Counted from the first letter of the stretch, positions 16,279 to 25,128 are shown. The stretch: 34,059 nucleotides of DNA from an uncultured Candidatus Saccharibacteria bacterium (GCA_964631485.1 CAZVYH010000005.1:14610-48668), one strand, 5' to 3'. Numbers and translations are program-made. The notes: generated by a model not told the origin, from the letters alone.

Positions 16279-18816
16279 ATGGACTTTTTTAAGAAACTTT
16301 TCGGAAGTGATGCGTCACGCGCCCTCTCAGCCGTTGCACCGATTGTTGGGCAGATAAACGCGCTTGAGGCATCTCTGATGTCTCTGTCTGATGGTGCCTT
16401 GCGCGAAAAAACGGATGAATTTAAGAAACGTCTTGCTGAGGGACAAAATCTCGATGATATTCTTCCGGAAGCATTTGCCGTTGTCCGCGAAGCCGCACGG
16501 CGTACGTTGAAACAGCGTCACTATGATGTGCAACTGATCGGCGGCATTATGTTGCATCGCGGTGCAATTGCCGAGATGCGTACAGGAGAAGGAAAGACGC
16601 TTGTGGAAACACTTCCTGCGTATCTCAACGCGCTTGAGGGACGAGGTGTGCACATTGTGACGGTCAACGATTATCTTGCCCGACGTGATGCGGTGTGGAT
16701 GGGGCAAGTGTTTGCGTTCCTCGGTCTGTCTGTCGGCGTCGTCAACAGTCAGCGACAGTCGTTTTTGTATGATCCGTCACATTCTGATGTGGACCAAAAG
16801 CGCGACGAAGTCGGGTCATTCAAAGTTGTGTATGAATTTTTACGCCCTTGTGAGAAACGTGATGCGTATACCGCTGACATTACATACGGGACAAACAGTG
16901 AGTTCGGTTTTGATTACCTGCGTGATAACACGGTGTACCGCAAAGAAGACATGTCTCAGCGTATGCCGCAGGACGGCGGGCATCACTTCGCTATCGTTGA
17001 TGAAATTGACTCTATTTTGATAGATGAGGCGCGTACCCCGCTCATTATCTCCATTGCAACAAAGGAGTCAGAAAAGCTGTATACGACATTTGCTCAGATA
17101 GCTGCACACCTTAAGGAAGAAGAGGATTATGAGGTTGATGAGAAAAAACACGCGGTATTGCTTACTGAATCGGGTATTGAGAAGGCTGAAAAAATCCTCG
17201 GATTAGAGAATATTTACACGGATGCCGGCATTCGGTACGTGCACCATCTGGAGTCGGCGGTAAAAGCAAAGGCGTTGTACAAGAAAGATAAAGAGTACGT
17301 CGTGCGTGACGGGGAAGTTATTATTGTTGATGAGTTCACAGGTCGGCTTCAACCCGGACGCAGATGGTCCGAAGGACTTCATCAGGCTATTGAGGCGAAA
17401 GAAGGAGCGCGTATTCAAGAAGAGTCGCGCACGCTGGCATCAATCACATATCAGAACTACTTTCGCATGTACCGAAAACTCGCGGGAATGACCGGAACAG
17501 CGCTCTCAAGCTCGGAGGAGTTTTTTAAGGTGTACGGGCTTGATGTTGTGCCGATTCCGACGCACCGGCCGAGCGCGCGAACCGATCATAACGACTTTAT
17601 CTATCAAACAGAGAAAGGAAAGTTTGAAGCGATAGCAAAACGCGTGAAAGAGGCGCATGACAAAGGACAGCCCGTGCTTATCGGTACGGTTTCAATTGAA
17701 AAAAACGAGCTACTTGCCATGCATCTGCACAACGAAGGGATTCCGCACACCATTCTCAACGCAAAGATGCATGAGCAGGAAGGAGAGGTTATTGCGCAGG
17801 CGGGACGGAAAGGGTCTGTGACAGTCGCGACGAACATGGCCGGGCGCGGTGTCGACATTAAACTCGGCGGTGCGACAGCAACACCGGAGGAGCATGAAGA
17901 AGTGAAACGCCTCGGCGGTTTGTTTGTGCTCGGAACGGAACGGCATGAGGCGCGTCGTATCGATGATCAGCTCCGTGGACGTTCAGGCCGTCAAGGAGAT
18001 CCGGGTGAGACCCAGTTTTTTGTGTCGCTTGAGGATTCGCTTATGCGCGTATTCGCGTCAGATGCCGTCAAACGCATGATGGGTCGCTTCGGTATTCCCG
18101 AGGATGTTCCGATTGAAAACAAGCTCATCAACCGTTCACTTGAAGCTGCCCAGAAAAAAATTGAAGGGCTCAACTTCGATGTGCGTAAACACGTGCTTGA
18201 ATTTGATGACGTGATGAATACCCAGCGGAAGACTATTTATGAACGACGTAAGACACTTGTCCTAGGCGGACATGAGGATATCGGGCGTGTTCTCTCTGAA
18301 ATGACGGGAGGTGATGAGGATATGGCGCGTGTTATATCGGAAAAGAAAAAGGAGCTCGGTGAGGAGGCCTTTATTGAGGCCGTTCGGCGGCTTATGTTGC
18401 AGGCGATTGATGTTTTCTGGATTGATCACCTTGAACTCATGGATTTCACACGCAGCAGTGTAAATCTGCGCGCCTACGGACAGCGCGATCCGCTCGTTGA
18501 ATATCAAAAAGAAGGTCTGATGGCGTTTCGCCGAATGGAGGCATCTATCGCTGGACATGTGATGAATATGATTCCGCAGATCGGGGCGGGTGCGTTCACT
18601 AAGGAAGAAGAACAACTGCGACGAGAACGTGCGCGCTTGCAGATGATAGGGAGTGATTCGTCCGCTTCCGCGCCTGCGCAAGCTCACCATACCGCCACCC
18701 CCGGGCGTAACGACACCGTTACTATCACGAATGGAACACAAACACAGACAATGAAGTACAAAAAAGCGGAACGCTTGATTGACGGCGGAGAATGGAAAAT
18801 TGTCACGTCTCAATAG
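16279..18816 (+). CDS. secA: Preprotein translocase ATPase SecA
   Basis: MRTGEGKTLV (Walker A), VTVNDYLARRD, FAIVDEIDSILIDEARTPLIIS (DEAD-like), TNMAGRGVDIKLGG and RIDDQLRGRSGRQGDPG. Start is at MDFFKKLFG (ATG 16279). Confidence 0.96.
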   Translation: MDFFKKLFGSDASRALSAVAPIVGQINALEASLMSLSDGALREKTDEFKKRLAEGQNLDDILPEAFAVVREAARRTLKQRHYDVQLIGGIMLHRGAIAEMRTGEGKTLVETLPAYLNALEGRGVHIVTVNDYLARRDAVWMGQVFAFLGLSVGVVNSQRQSFLYDPSHSDVDQKRDEVGSFKVVYEFLRPCEKRDAYTADITYGTNSEFGFDYLRDNTVYRKEDMSQRMPQDGGHHFAIVDEIDSILIDEARTPLIISIATKESEKLYTTFAQIAAHLKEEEDYEVDEKKHAVLLTESGIEKAEKILGLENIYTDAGIRYVHHLESAVKAKALYKKDKEYVVRDGEVIIVDEFTGRLQPGRRWSEGLHQAIEAKEGARIQEESRTLASITYQNYFRMYRKLAGMTGTALSSSEEFFKVYGLDVVPIPTHRPSARTDHNDFIYQTEKGKFEAIAKRVKEAHDKGQPVLIGTVSIEKNELLAMHLHNEGIPHTILNAKMHEQEGEVIAQAGRKGSVTVATNMAGRGVDIKLGGATATPEEHEEVKRLGGLFVLGTERHEARRIDDQLRGRSGRQGDPGETQFFVSLEDSLMRVFASDAVKRMMGRFGIPEDVPIENKLINRSLEAAQKKIEGLNFDVRKHVLEFDDVMNTQRKTIYERRKTLVLGGHEDIGRVLSEMTGGDEDMARVISEKKKELGEEAFIEAVRRLMLQAIDVFWIDHLELMDFTRSSVNLRAYGQRDPLVEYQKEGLMAFRRMEASIAGHVMNMIPQIGAGAFTKEEEQLRRERARLQMIGSDSSASAPAQAHHTATPGRNDTVTITNGTQTQTMKYKKAERLIDGGEWKIVTSQ

Positions 18817-18821
18817 CGTGT

Positions 18822-19496
18822 ATGTTCGACACTATTATTGTATTTGCGCAGTCTCTCTTTCTCTCTCTTGGTCCGTGGGGTGTTTTTGCCCTGGGTTTTT
18901 TTCAGGAAATTATTCCTCCGATCCCGTCAACGTTGGTTACTGTTTCAGCAGGATTCTTTTTTCTTGAAGGTTCGGCTCTTTCATGGGCTTCGTTTGTAAA
19001 ATTGTTTCTCTATGTTGGGTTGCCCATTGCCGGCGGTTTGTCTCTTGGGTCATTAGCAATCTACGGCATTGTGTATTGGGGAGGAAAGCCGCTGGTTACA
19101 CAGTACGGAAAGTACATGGGTGTTTCGTGGTCTGATATTGAAAAGATGCACTCATATATGGAAGGCCACACGTGGGATGATGTGCTGTTGTTTGCTGCTC
19201 GGTCATTTCCGCTTATGCCGAGCATAGCGATTAATATTTTTTGCGGGCTTGTCCGTTGGCCGCTGTGGTCGTTCTTTTTGCACACATTTTTCGGCACCAT
19301 CATTCGATCAATGTGGTCAGGTTTCATCGGGTGGCAGTTCGGAAATTTATATCAAAACTATTCATCGGCGGTTGAAGGAACCCAGAATAGTATTCTCATA
19401 ATAGTCGTTCTTGCCGTCGGTGTGTTTTTATATTACCGAAAACGTAGGAAACAAAAACAACCCGATGCCCTTACCGGCGACAAGGTGGTAGAATAG
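18822..19496 (+). CDS. DedA/VTT-family membrane protein
   Basis: FFQEIIPPIPSTLVTVSAG (compare DedA FLENxLPxxPLPGD) and a later ARSFPLMPSIAINIFCGL re-entrant-like motif. ATG 18822 lies 6 nt after the secA stop. Confidence 0.62.
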   Translation: MFDTIIVFAQSLFLSLGPWGVFALGFFQEIIPPIPSTLVTVSAGFFFLEGSALSWASFVKLFLYVGLPIAGGLSLGSLAIYGIVYWGGKPLVTQYGKYMGVSWSDIEKMHSYMEGHTWDDVLLFAARSFPLMPSIAINIFCGLVRWPLWSFFLHTFFGTIIRSMWSGFIGWQFGNLYQNYSSAVEGTQNSILIIVVLAVGVFLYYRKRRKQKQPDALTGDKVVE

Positions 19497-19528
19497 CCTT
19501 GTTTATCAACAGGTATAACAACATACAT

Positions 19529-19873
19529 ATGCATACTCTTTTTAAAATACTATTGACAGCGCTCGCTGTTTTGGCGGTTCCTTATCTCATCCCCGGCATT
19601 TTTGTGGAAAGTTTTTATGTTGCCCTGGTTGTTGCGGTTGTGCTTGCGGTGCTGAACCTAATTGTGAAGCCGCTCATTATTGTACTGACGCTTCCGATAA
19701 ACATTCTCACGCTCGGGCTTTTCACTTTCGTTATTAATGCCGGTCTATTCTGGCTTGCCGCATATTTTGTCGACGGGTTTACCATCGACGGATTTTTAGA
19801 CGCCTTTATCGGCGCGTTGCTTGTCTCGGTCGTTGTCTGGGTAGGGCACAAACTTATTTCCGACAATGACTAA
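19529..19873 (+). CDS. DUF360 / phage-holin-4_2 family membrane protein (YvlD-like)
   Basis: VLNLIVKPLIIVLTLPINILTLGLFTFVINAGLFWLAAYFVDGFTIDGF closely resembles YvlD-type proteins. Confidence 0.75.
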   Translation: MHTLFKILLTALAVLAVPYLIPGIFVESFYVALVVAVVLAVLNLIVKPLIIVLTLPINILTLGLFTFVINAGLFWLAAYFVDGFTIDGFLDAFIGALLVSVVVWVGHKLISDND

Positions 19874-20762
19874 AACTCGGATTGTTACACACAGCGGTAA
19901 GTTTCATTCGGACGATGTGTTTGCGGTCGCCGTTCTTTCCCGTGTATTTGGGGATGTGGAAATTGTACGCACGCGCGATGAAAGCATTATTCAGTCTGCA
20001 GATGTCGTTGTTGACGTTGGTAGTGTCTATGATGCCTCCGCACGGCGTTTTGATCATCATCAAGAAACCGGCGCCGGTGTGCGCGACAACGGTATTCCCT
20101 ATGCTTCATTCGGTATTGTCTGGAAAGCATACGGAGAGCAGGTATGCGGCGACGCGGAAATCGCACAAACCATCGATCGGGTACTTGTCCAACCTATTGA
20201 TGCGGGGGACAATGGTGTTGATCTTTCTACCCCGACATTTCCGGGCGTGTTCCCATATACCGTCGGCAGTATAGTAAATCTTTTTCGACCCACACACACG
20301 GAGGGGGAGGAATATGATGCGCTGTTTCTTCGGGCGGTTGAGTGGGCAGCGTGGGTGCTTGAAAGAGAAATTAAAATCTCGAAAGATGCACGGTCCGGGA
20401 AAAATCTTGTTGAGTCGTTTTACAACAACGCCCCCGATAAGCGTCTTATCATTTTTGACACCACAAATGTACTAGGTAGAGAATTAACCGTCGACTTTCT
20501 TATGGCGCATCCGGAGGTACTCTACGCGGTTCTCTACAGAAAGGACGTTGACTCGTGGCAGTTGATTGCGATGAACGAATCAGAAGAAACATACCGGGTT
20601 CGAAAACCGCTTCCAAAAGCCTGGGCCGGCAAACGAGACCAAGAGCTCATCAGTATAACCGGAGTTCCGGATGCCATTTTCTGTCATAGAGGTCTGTTTA
20701 TGGCTGTTGCAAAATCAAAAGAAGGCGCTATCACATTGGCCGAACTAGCTCTTGCCGCATAA
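19866..20762 (+). CDS. MYG1/UPF0160-family metal-dependent hydrolase/exonuclease
   Basis: THSGKFHSDDVFAVAVL...VVDVGSVYDASARRFDHHQ matches the MYG1 signature (GxFHxDE...DVGG-YD...-DHHQ). It overlaps the upstream gene by 8 nt. Confidence 0.8.
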   Translation: MTKTRIVTHSGKFHSDDVFAVAVLSRVFGDVEIVRTRDESIIQSADVVVDVGSVYDASARRFDHHQETGAGVRDNGIPYASFGIVWKAYGEQVCGDAEIAQTIDRVLVQPIDAGDNGVDLSTPTFPGVFPYTVGSIVNLFRPTHTEGEEYDALFLRAVEWAAWVLEREIKISKDARSGKNLVESFYNNAPDKRLIIFDTTNVLGRELTVDFLMAHPEVLYAVLYRKDVDSWQLIAMNESEETYRVRKPLPKAWAGKRDQELISITGVPDAIFCHRGLFMAVAKSKEGAITLAELALAA

Positions 20763-20772
20763 CTAAACATAT

Positions 20773-21756
20773 ATGCCGTTTATCGACGAATTACATCTTC
20801 ATTTAGCTGCCGGTCGCGGAGGCGACGGTGTGGTGCGTTGGCTGCATCTCAAAGGAAAAGAATTCTCCGGACCTGCAGGAGGTAACGGTGGTCGTGGTGG
20901 AGATGTTGTTGTTGTCGCTATTCGTGATATCACGGTACTTCTTCGTTACAACGATCAAAAAAGTTATGAAGCAGAAGATGGTGCACCCGGAGGAAGCCAA
21001 AGTAAAGAGGGAAGAGACGGAAAAGAACTTCTGTTTGAATTTCCTGTGGGAACCGTCATTACCAATGTACAAACAGGACAACGTTTTGAACTGCTCACTG
21101 AAGGGCAGAGAGAAATTATTCTTCAAGGTGGTAACGGCGGATATGGCAATGAACACTTCAAGGGTTCACGAAACGTCACACCCAAACAATCAACAAAAGG
21201 AAAACCGGGCGAAGAAGCCGACTTTGATATTGAATTGCAGCTGGTTGTTGACGCCGGACTCATTGGTTTGCCGAACGCAGGTAAGTCCAGCCTACTCAAT
21301 GAGCTCACCGGGGCACACGCAAAAGTTGGCGCGTATGCGTTTACAACACTTAACCCGAACCTCGGTGCACTGTATGGATTTGTTCTCGCTGATATTCCGG
21401 GGCTCATTGAGGGTGCGGCGGAGGGGAAAGGTCTCGGACACACGTTTCTCCGTCATATAAAACGAACAAAAACACTCATTCACTGTATTTCATGTGAACA
21501 TGAGAATCCTACGGAGGCGTTTACCACCATTCGTACGGAGCTTTCAAAGTACTCTAAGGACTTAGCTGAAAAACCTGAACTTATCGTGTTTACGAAGCGC
21601 GACCTTGTTGATGAAAAAACTCTCTCTGCACGAATGAAGGAGTTTGCTAAAAAAACAAAGATTCCCGCAAAGAGTATCGTTACGGTTTCTGTGTATGACG
21701 ACGCATCTCTCAAGGAGCTCGGCGACACTATTGTGAAGGCCTTAAGAAAAAAATAG
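20773..21756 (+). CDS. obg: GTPase Obg/CgtA
   Basis: N-terminal Obg fold FIDELHLHLAAGRGGDGVVRW...GGNGGRGGDV, plus G-domain GLPNAGKSSLL, DIPGLIEGA and TKRD. Confidence 0.92.
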   Translation: MPFIDELHLHLAAGRGGDGVVRWLHLKGKEFSGPAGGNGGRGGDVVVVAIRDITVLLRYNDQKSYEAEDGAPGGSQSKEGRDGKELLFEFPVGTVITNVQTGQRFELLTEGQREIILQGGNGGYGNEHFKGSRNVTPKQSTKGKPGEEADFDIELQLVVDAGLIGLPNAGKSSLLNELTGAHAKVGAYAFTTLNPNLGALYGFVLADIPGLIEGAAEGKGLGHTFLRHIKRTKTLIHCISCEHENPTEAFTTIRTELSKYSKDLAEKPELIVFTKRDLVDEKTLSARMKEFAKKTKIPAKSIVTVSVYDDASLKELGDTIVKALRKK

Positions 21757-21764
21757 GAATCTCG

Positions 21765-21770
21765 TATACT
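21765..21770 (+). promoter_or_regulatory. -10 box TATACT, 6 nt upstream of the gatB ATG
   Basis: TATACT at 21765-21770, spacer agagtt, then ATG 21777. No SD. Confidence 0.35.
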
Positions 21771-21776
21771 AGAGTT

Positions 21777-23177
21777 ATGTCAGAGTACACACCGACAATT
21801 GGGTTAGAGATTCATGTTGAGCTCAAAACGCAGACGAAGATGTTCTGCAATTCAAAGAATGACCCGGACGAAAAACGGCCGAATGTGAATGTGTGTCCGG
21901 TGTGCATGGGTCATCCGGGAACACTTCCTGTTATCAACAAAGAGGCCGTTAAACACGTATTGAAGGTGGGTGTGGCTGTTGGTGGGGAACTTGCAGATTT
22001 TACTGAATTTGACCGCAAGAACTACTTTTATCCGGATATTCCAAAGGGATACCAGATTAGTCAGTATGCATACCCACTTGTAAAAGGTGGTGAACTTCAC
22101 GGTGTGGCACTGACGCGTATTCATCTAGAAGAAGACACCGCTCGTTCACAACACGCAGGGGGCCACTCCCTCGTTGATTTCAACCGTGCGGGCGTGCCGC
22201 TGATGGAACTCGTAACTGAACCGGTTATTCACTCTGCACAAGAAGCAGGGGACTTTGCGCGAGAATTGCAGTTGTTACTCCGAACGCTTGGTGTGTCTGA
22301 TGCAGATATGGAAAAAGGACATTTACGTGTCGAAGTAAACATTTCTGTTTCAAAAGACACAACCTTGGGAACAAAAACAGAAATAAAAAACATCAACTCG
22401 TTTCGTGCTGCAGAAAAGGCAATTGCATTTGAAATTGAACGACAGTCGGCCGTTCTTGAAGAAGGGGGTGAAATTGAACAGGAAACTCGTGGCTGGGATG
22501 ATGTGAAAGGCAGTACATTTTCACAGCGAAAAAAAGAATCATCGCACGACTACCGCTATTTTCCTGAACCTGACTTGCCGAAGCTCAATATTTCAGAAAT
22601 ACCCGAATTTTCTTACGAGGCACTTTCAAGAGAATTACCCGAGTTGCCGTGGGTTAGGCGTGCCCGCTATCTTGCGCTTGGTTTGAAAGCGCAAGATGCA
22701 GACATGTTTGTAAACGACCGCATGTACGGAGATTTTTTTGAGGCAGTTTCTAAATGTTTGAATAATAACGCCCAAAAAATGATTCTTGCAACCAACTACA
22801 TTGCAGCCGATCTCGCGGGAATTCTGCGGGGTGCGCCTATTTCTATTACACCGGAGAACTTCGGAGAGCTTATTGGCATGCTCTCTGACGGGCTCGTATC
22901 TTCTCGTGGAGGAAAAGATATTCTCGCGTTGATGGTGGCGCAAGGTGGTTCTCCAAAAGAAATTGCGGAAAAAGAAGGACTGCTACAACAAAGCGATGAG
23001 GGTGCGCTTTTGAAGATTGTTGAACAGGTTATTTCCGAAAATCCCGGGGTTGTTGCTGAGTATAAAGCCGGAAAAGAGAGTGTGCTGCAGTTCCTCGTTG
23101 GACAAGGCATGAAACTTTCAAAAGGTTCGGCAAATCCGGGGGTGGTTGCAAAACTCCTCAAAGAAAAACTTTCATAA
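21777..23177 (+). CDS. gatB: Asp-tRNA(Asn)/Glu-tRNA(Gln) amidotransferase subunit B
   Basis: IGLEIHVELKTQTKMFC, NVCPVCMGHPGTLP, DRKNYFYPDIPKGYQISQ, NRAGVPLMELV, and a C-terminal YqeY-like domain. Confidence 0.95.
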   Translation: MSEYTPTIGLEIHVELKTQTKMFCNSKNDPDEKRPNVNVCPVCMGHPGTLPVINKEAVKHVLKVGVAVGGELADFTEFDRKNYFYPDIPKGYQISQYAYPLVKGGELHGVALTRIHLEEDTARSQHAGGHSLVDFNRAGVPLMELVTEPVIHSAQEAGDFARELQLLLRTLGVSDADMEKGHLRVEVNISVSKDTTLGTKTEIKNINSFRAAEKAIAFEIERQSAVLEEGGEIEQETRGWDDVKGSTFSQRKKESSHDYRYFPEPDLPKLNISEIPEFSYEALSRELPELPWVRRARYLALGLKAQDADMFVNDRMYGDFFEAVSKCLNNNAQKMILATNYIAADLAGILRGAPISITPENFGELIGMLSDGLVSSRGGKDILALMVAQGGSPKEIAEKEGLLQQSDEGALLKIVEQVISENPGVVAEYKAGKESVLQFLVGQGMKLSKGSANPGVVAKLLKEKLS

Positions 23178-23186
23178 AAATACGAA

Positions 23187-23214
23187 CGCCGCCAAAAACT
23201 CTTGGCGGCGGTTT
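23187..23214. terminator. Hairpin between convergent gatB and the GC-rich minus-strand gene
   Basis: 9-bp stem cgccgccaa (23187-23195) / ttggcggcg (23202-23210). The U-tracts are weak on both strands. Confidence 0.5.
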
Positions 23215-23234
23215 CGCGCGTGATGCGCTGGTTG

Positions 23235-23510
23235 TCAGGAGAGGCCGGCGATCTCGTCGATGTCGGGAACGGCGTTCCGTGCCGTCCAGTCGACGAGATT
23301 GTTGAAGAGCTCGAGGCTACGGTCTCCCAAGACGGTGTCGTCGGGGAGCTGGAGCCACGACGACGAGAGATTGTTCTCGGTTACGATGGTGGTGTGCACT
23401 TCCCGAGCCCTCCTGTTGAACTCGGTCTCGAATTCGGGATTGATCCCGAAGAGACCCGCATCCGCACGCTTCTCAGAGAGCCACCTCCGAACGTCGGCCA
23501 ACGTTTTCAT
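23235..23510 (-). CDS. Hypothetical 91-aa protein, G+C-rich, SD-led
   Basis: The sequence is MKTLADVRRWLSEKRADAGLFGINPEFETEFNRRAREVHTTIVTENNLSSSWLQLPDDTVLGDRSLELFNNLVDWTARNAVPDIDEIAGLS. It is preceded by AAAGGAG-N7-ATG (the AAGGAG complement is at 23518-23523). The ORF-track start 23678 would run through its own promoter. No family recognised. Confidence 0.6.
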   Translation of the reverse strand: MKTLADVRRWLSEKRADAGLFGINPEFETEFNRRAREVHTTIVTENNLSSSWLQLPDDTVLGDRSLELFNNLVDWTARNAVPDIDEIAGLS

Positions 23511-23537
23511 GGTTTTTCTCCTTTGAAATCCAATGCA

Positions 23538-23567
23538 ACTATACAACAATAAATTGCGCGCTGTCAA
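23538..23567 (-). promoter_or_regulatory. Consensus-like promoter TTGACA-N18-TATAGT (minus strand)
   Basis: The plus strand reads tgtcaa at 23562-23567 and actata at 23538-23543. A 27-nt leader containing AAGGAG precedes the ATG at 23510. Confidence 0.5.
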
Positions 23568-23586
23568 TTTTTTAGCGAGAGCGTGA

Positions 23587-23631
23587 TATACCCCGCACGT
23601 AACTTTGGAGCAAAGGTAAGTGCGGGGTATA
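23587..23631. repeat. Inverted repeat with 12-bp perfect arms (TATACCCCGCAC / GTGCGGGGTATA) and a 21-nt spacer
   Basis: The arms are at 23587-23598 and 23620-23631. The spacer contains a nested ctttg-gag-caaag stem. On the plus strand the repeat is followed by cTTTTTg. Confidence 0.6.
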
Positions 23632-23682
23632 CTTTTTGTATACCACATTATTTCTAGTACCCGGTATCTAATCTCCATTTAT

Positions 23683-24705
23683 ATGTCACGCATCGCAATT
23701 AACGGATTCGGTCGCATCGGACGCTCGTTTCTTAAACTTGCACTCAAGTATCCTGAAATTGATATTGTTGCAATCAACGATCTCGGCGATGCACACAACC
23801 TCGCTTATTTGCTTACCTTCGACAGCGCATACGGACGCTCGGACATCGACGTGCAGGCGCGCGACGGCGGTATCACCGTCAACGGGAAAGATATTCCCTT
23901 TTTTCAGGAAAAAGATCCGAGCGGACTGCCATGGAAGAAGCTTGATGTGGACATTGTTGTCGAATCAAGCGGTTTCTTTACAAATTACACTGACGCAAAG
24001 AAACATCTTGATGCTGGCGCGAAGCGCGTGGTGATTACCGCTCCCGCAAAAGGAGAGGGTGTGGAAGGTATTGAAACCGCGACGGTGCTCATGGGCGTGA
24101 ACGAAGAGAAGCTGAAGACGTGTGACATTACTTCAAACGGTTCGTGTACGACAAATGCCGCAAGCCCGGTGATTCAAATTTTGCACGAGACACTTGGTGT
24201 GGAAAAAGCAGTGCTTAATACAGTACACGGCTACACACAGTCACAAAGTTTACAGGACGGCCCGAACAAAAAGGACTGGCGTGAAGGACGCGCCGCCGCG
24301 CACAACATCGTGCCGACATCTACCGGCGCCGCGGTCGCAGTGACAAAAGCAATTACTGATTTGGAGGGAAAGTTTGACGGTATCGCAATCCGTGTGCCGG
24401 TCATCGTCGGTTCCATTGCGGACATTACGCTTGTTACCAAGCGTGATACAAGCGTGGAAGAAGTGAACGATATTCTGCAGAAGGCGGCCGGAGAGGCACG
24501 TTGGCAGGGAATACTCAAAGTGAGCAATGAAGAATTGGTGTCATCCGATATTGTCGGCGAACCGTACGGAGCAATTGTTGACAGTAAACTGACGCGCGTG
24601 GTCGGCGGAAATCTGGTGAAAGTACTTTCGTGGTATGACAACGAGATGGGGTACACGGTGACGCTTGTTCAGCATGTACGTAAAATGGCCTCTAGTTTGT
24701 CCTAA
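23683..24705 (+). CDS. gap: Glyceraldehyde-3-phosphate dehydrogenase, type I
   Basis: RIAINGFGRIGR, the active site NGSCTTNAASPV, and WYDNEMGY. Start is at ATG 23683; the ORF-track start 23620 is an upstream extension. Confidence 0.95.
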   Translation: MSRIAINGFGRIGRSFLKLALKYPEIDIVAINDLGDAHNLAYLLTFDSAYGRSDIDVQARDGGITVNGKDIPFFQEKDPSGLPWKKLDVDIVVESSGFFTNYTDAKKHLDAGAKRVVITAPAKGEGVEGIETATVLMGVNEEKLKTCDITSNGSCTTNAASPVIQILHETLGVEKAVLNTVHGYTQSQSLQDGPNKKDWREGRAAAHNIVPTSTGAAVAVTKAITDLEGKFDGIAIRVPVIVGSIADITLVTKRDTSVEEVNDILQKAAGEARWQGILKVSNEELVSSDIVGEPYGAIVDSKLTRVVGGNLVKVLSWYDNEMGYTVTLVQHVRKMASSLS

Positions 24706-24730
24706 TCTGGAGAAGTGAGGTTATTTCTGT

Positions 24731-25123
24731 ATGTACGAAATTCTAGCCAACACTACTTTAGTTGTGCATACGGCATTGATTGTGGCAGTTTTTGTCGGCA
24801 TAGGTATGAGTATTAGGGTGAAGTGGTTTCGACCAATCGAGTCCGCCTTTCTCCTTGTGGCAATTGTTATATGGTCATTATATGGGGCGTGTCCGTTGAC
24901 AACATTAGAAAGCTACTTCAGAACGGGTTCGTTTGGTGTTTCGTATTTTGGCCAAGGAGGTTTTATTCCTTTTTACTTTAACCAATGGTTCAACGTTCAT
25001 TTAAGTGCAACGGTGGTTACTGCGGGTACATATCTTATAGCCGTCTTTTTCTTTATTCTGACTATAGAATGGCTCGTGCCTTTTATAAAAAAGGTTCCCA
25101 TACTAAAATTGATTCATAAATAA
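24731..25123 (+). CDS. Small polytopic membrane protein, DUF2784-like
   Basis: 130 aa with 4 hydrophobic segments. The motif YGACPLTTLESYFR resembles the DUF2784 CPLT-LE motif. This assignment is from memory only. Confidence 0.5.
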   Translation: MYEILANTTLVVHTALIVAVFVGIGMSIRVKWFRPIESAFLLVAIVIWSLYGACPLTTLESYFRTGSFGVSYFGQGGFIPFYFNQWFNVHLSATVVTAGTYLIAVFFFILTIEWLVPFIKKVPILKLIHK

Positions 25124-25128
25124 TTATA

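Noticed and set aside
18262-18813. 183-aa minus-strand ORF antisense to the secA 3' end
   Set aside because: It is a shadow ORF inside secA with no motifs.
20828-21460. 210-aa plus-strand ORF in an alternative frame of obg, and the minus-strand ORFs at 20803-21156 and 21123-21443
   Set aside because: The Obg frame carries all GTPase motifs. The alternative frames are compositional artefacts.
23202-23552. 116-aa plus-strand ORF opposite the GC-rich 91-codon gene
   Set aside because: High-GC DNA often has open antisense frames. The minus frame has a consensus promoter, AAAGGAG-N7-ATG and a sensible stop before the terminator. The plus frame starts inside the gatB terminator hairpin and has no initiation signal. 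This remains the less likely alternative, not an impossible one.
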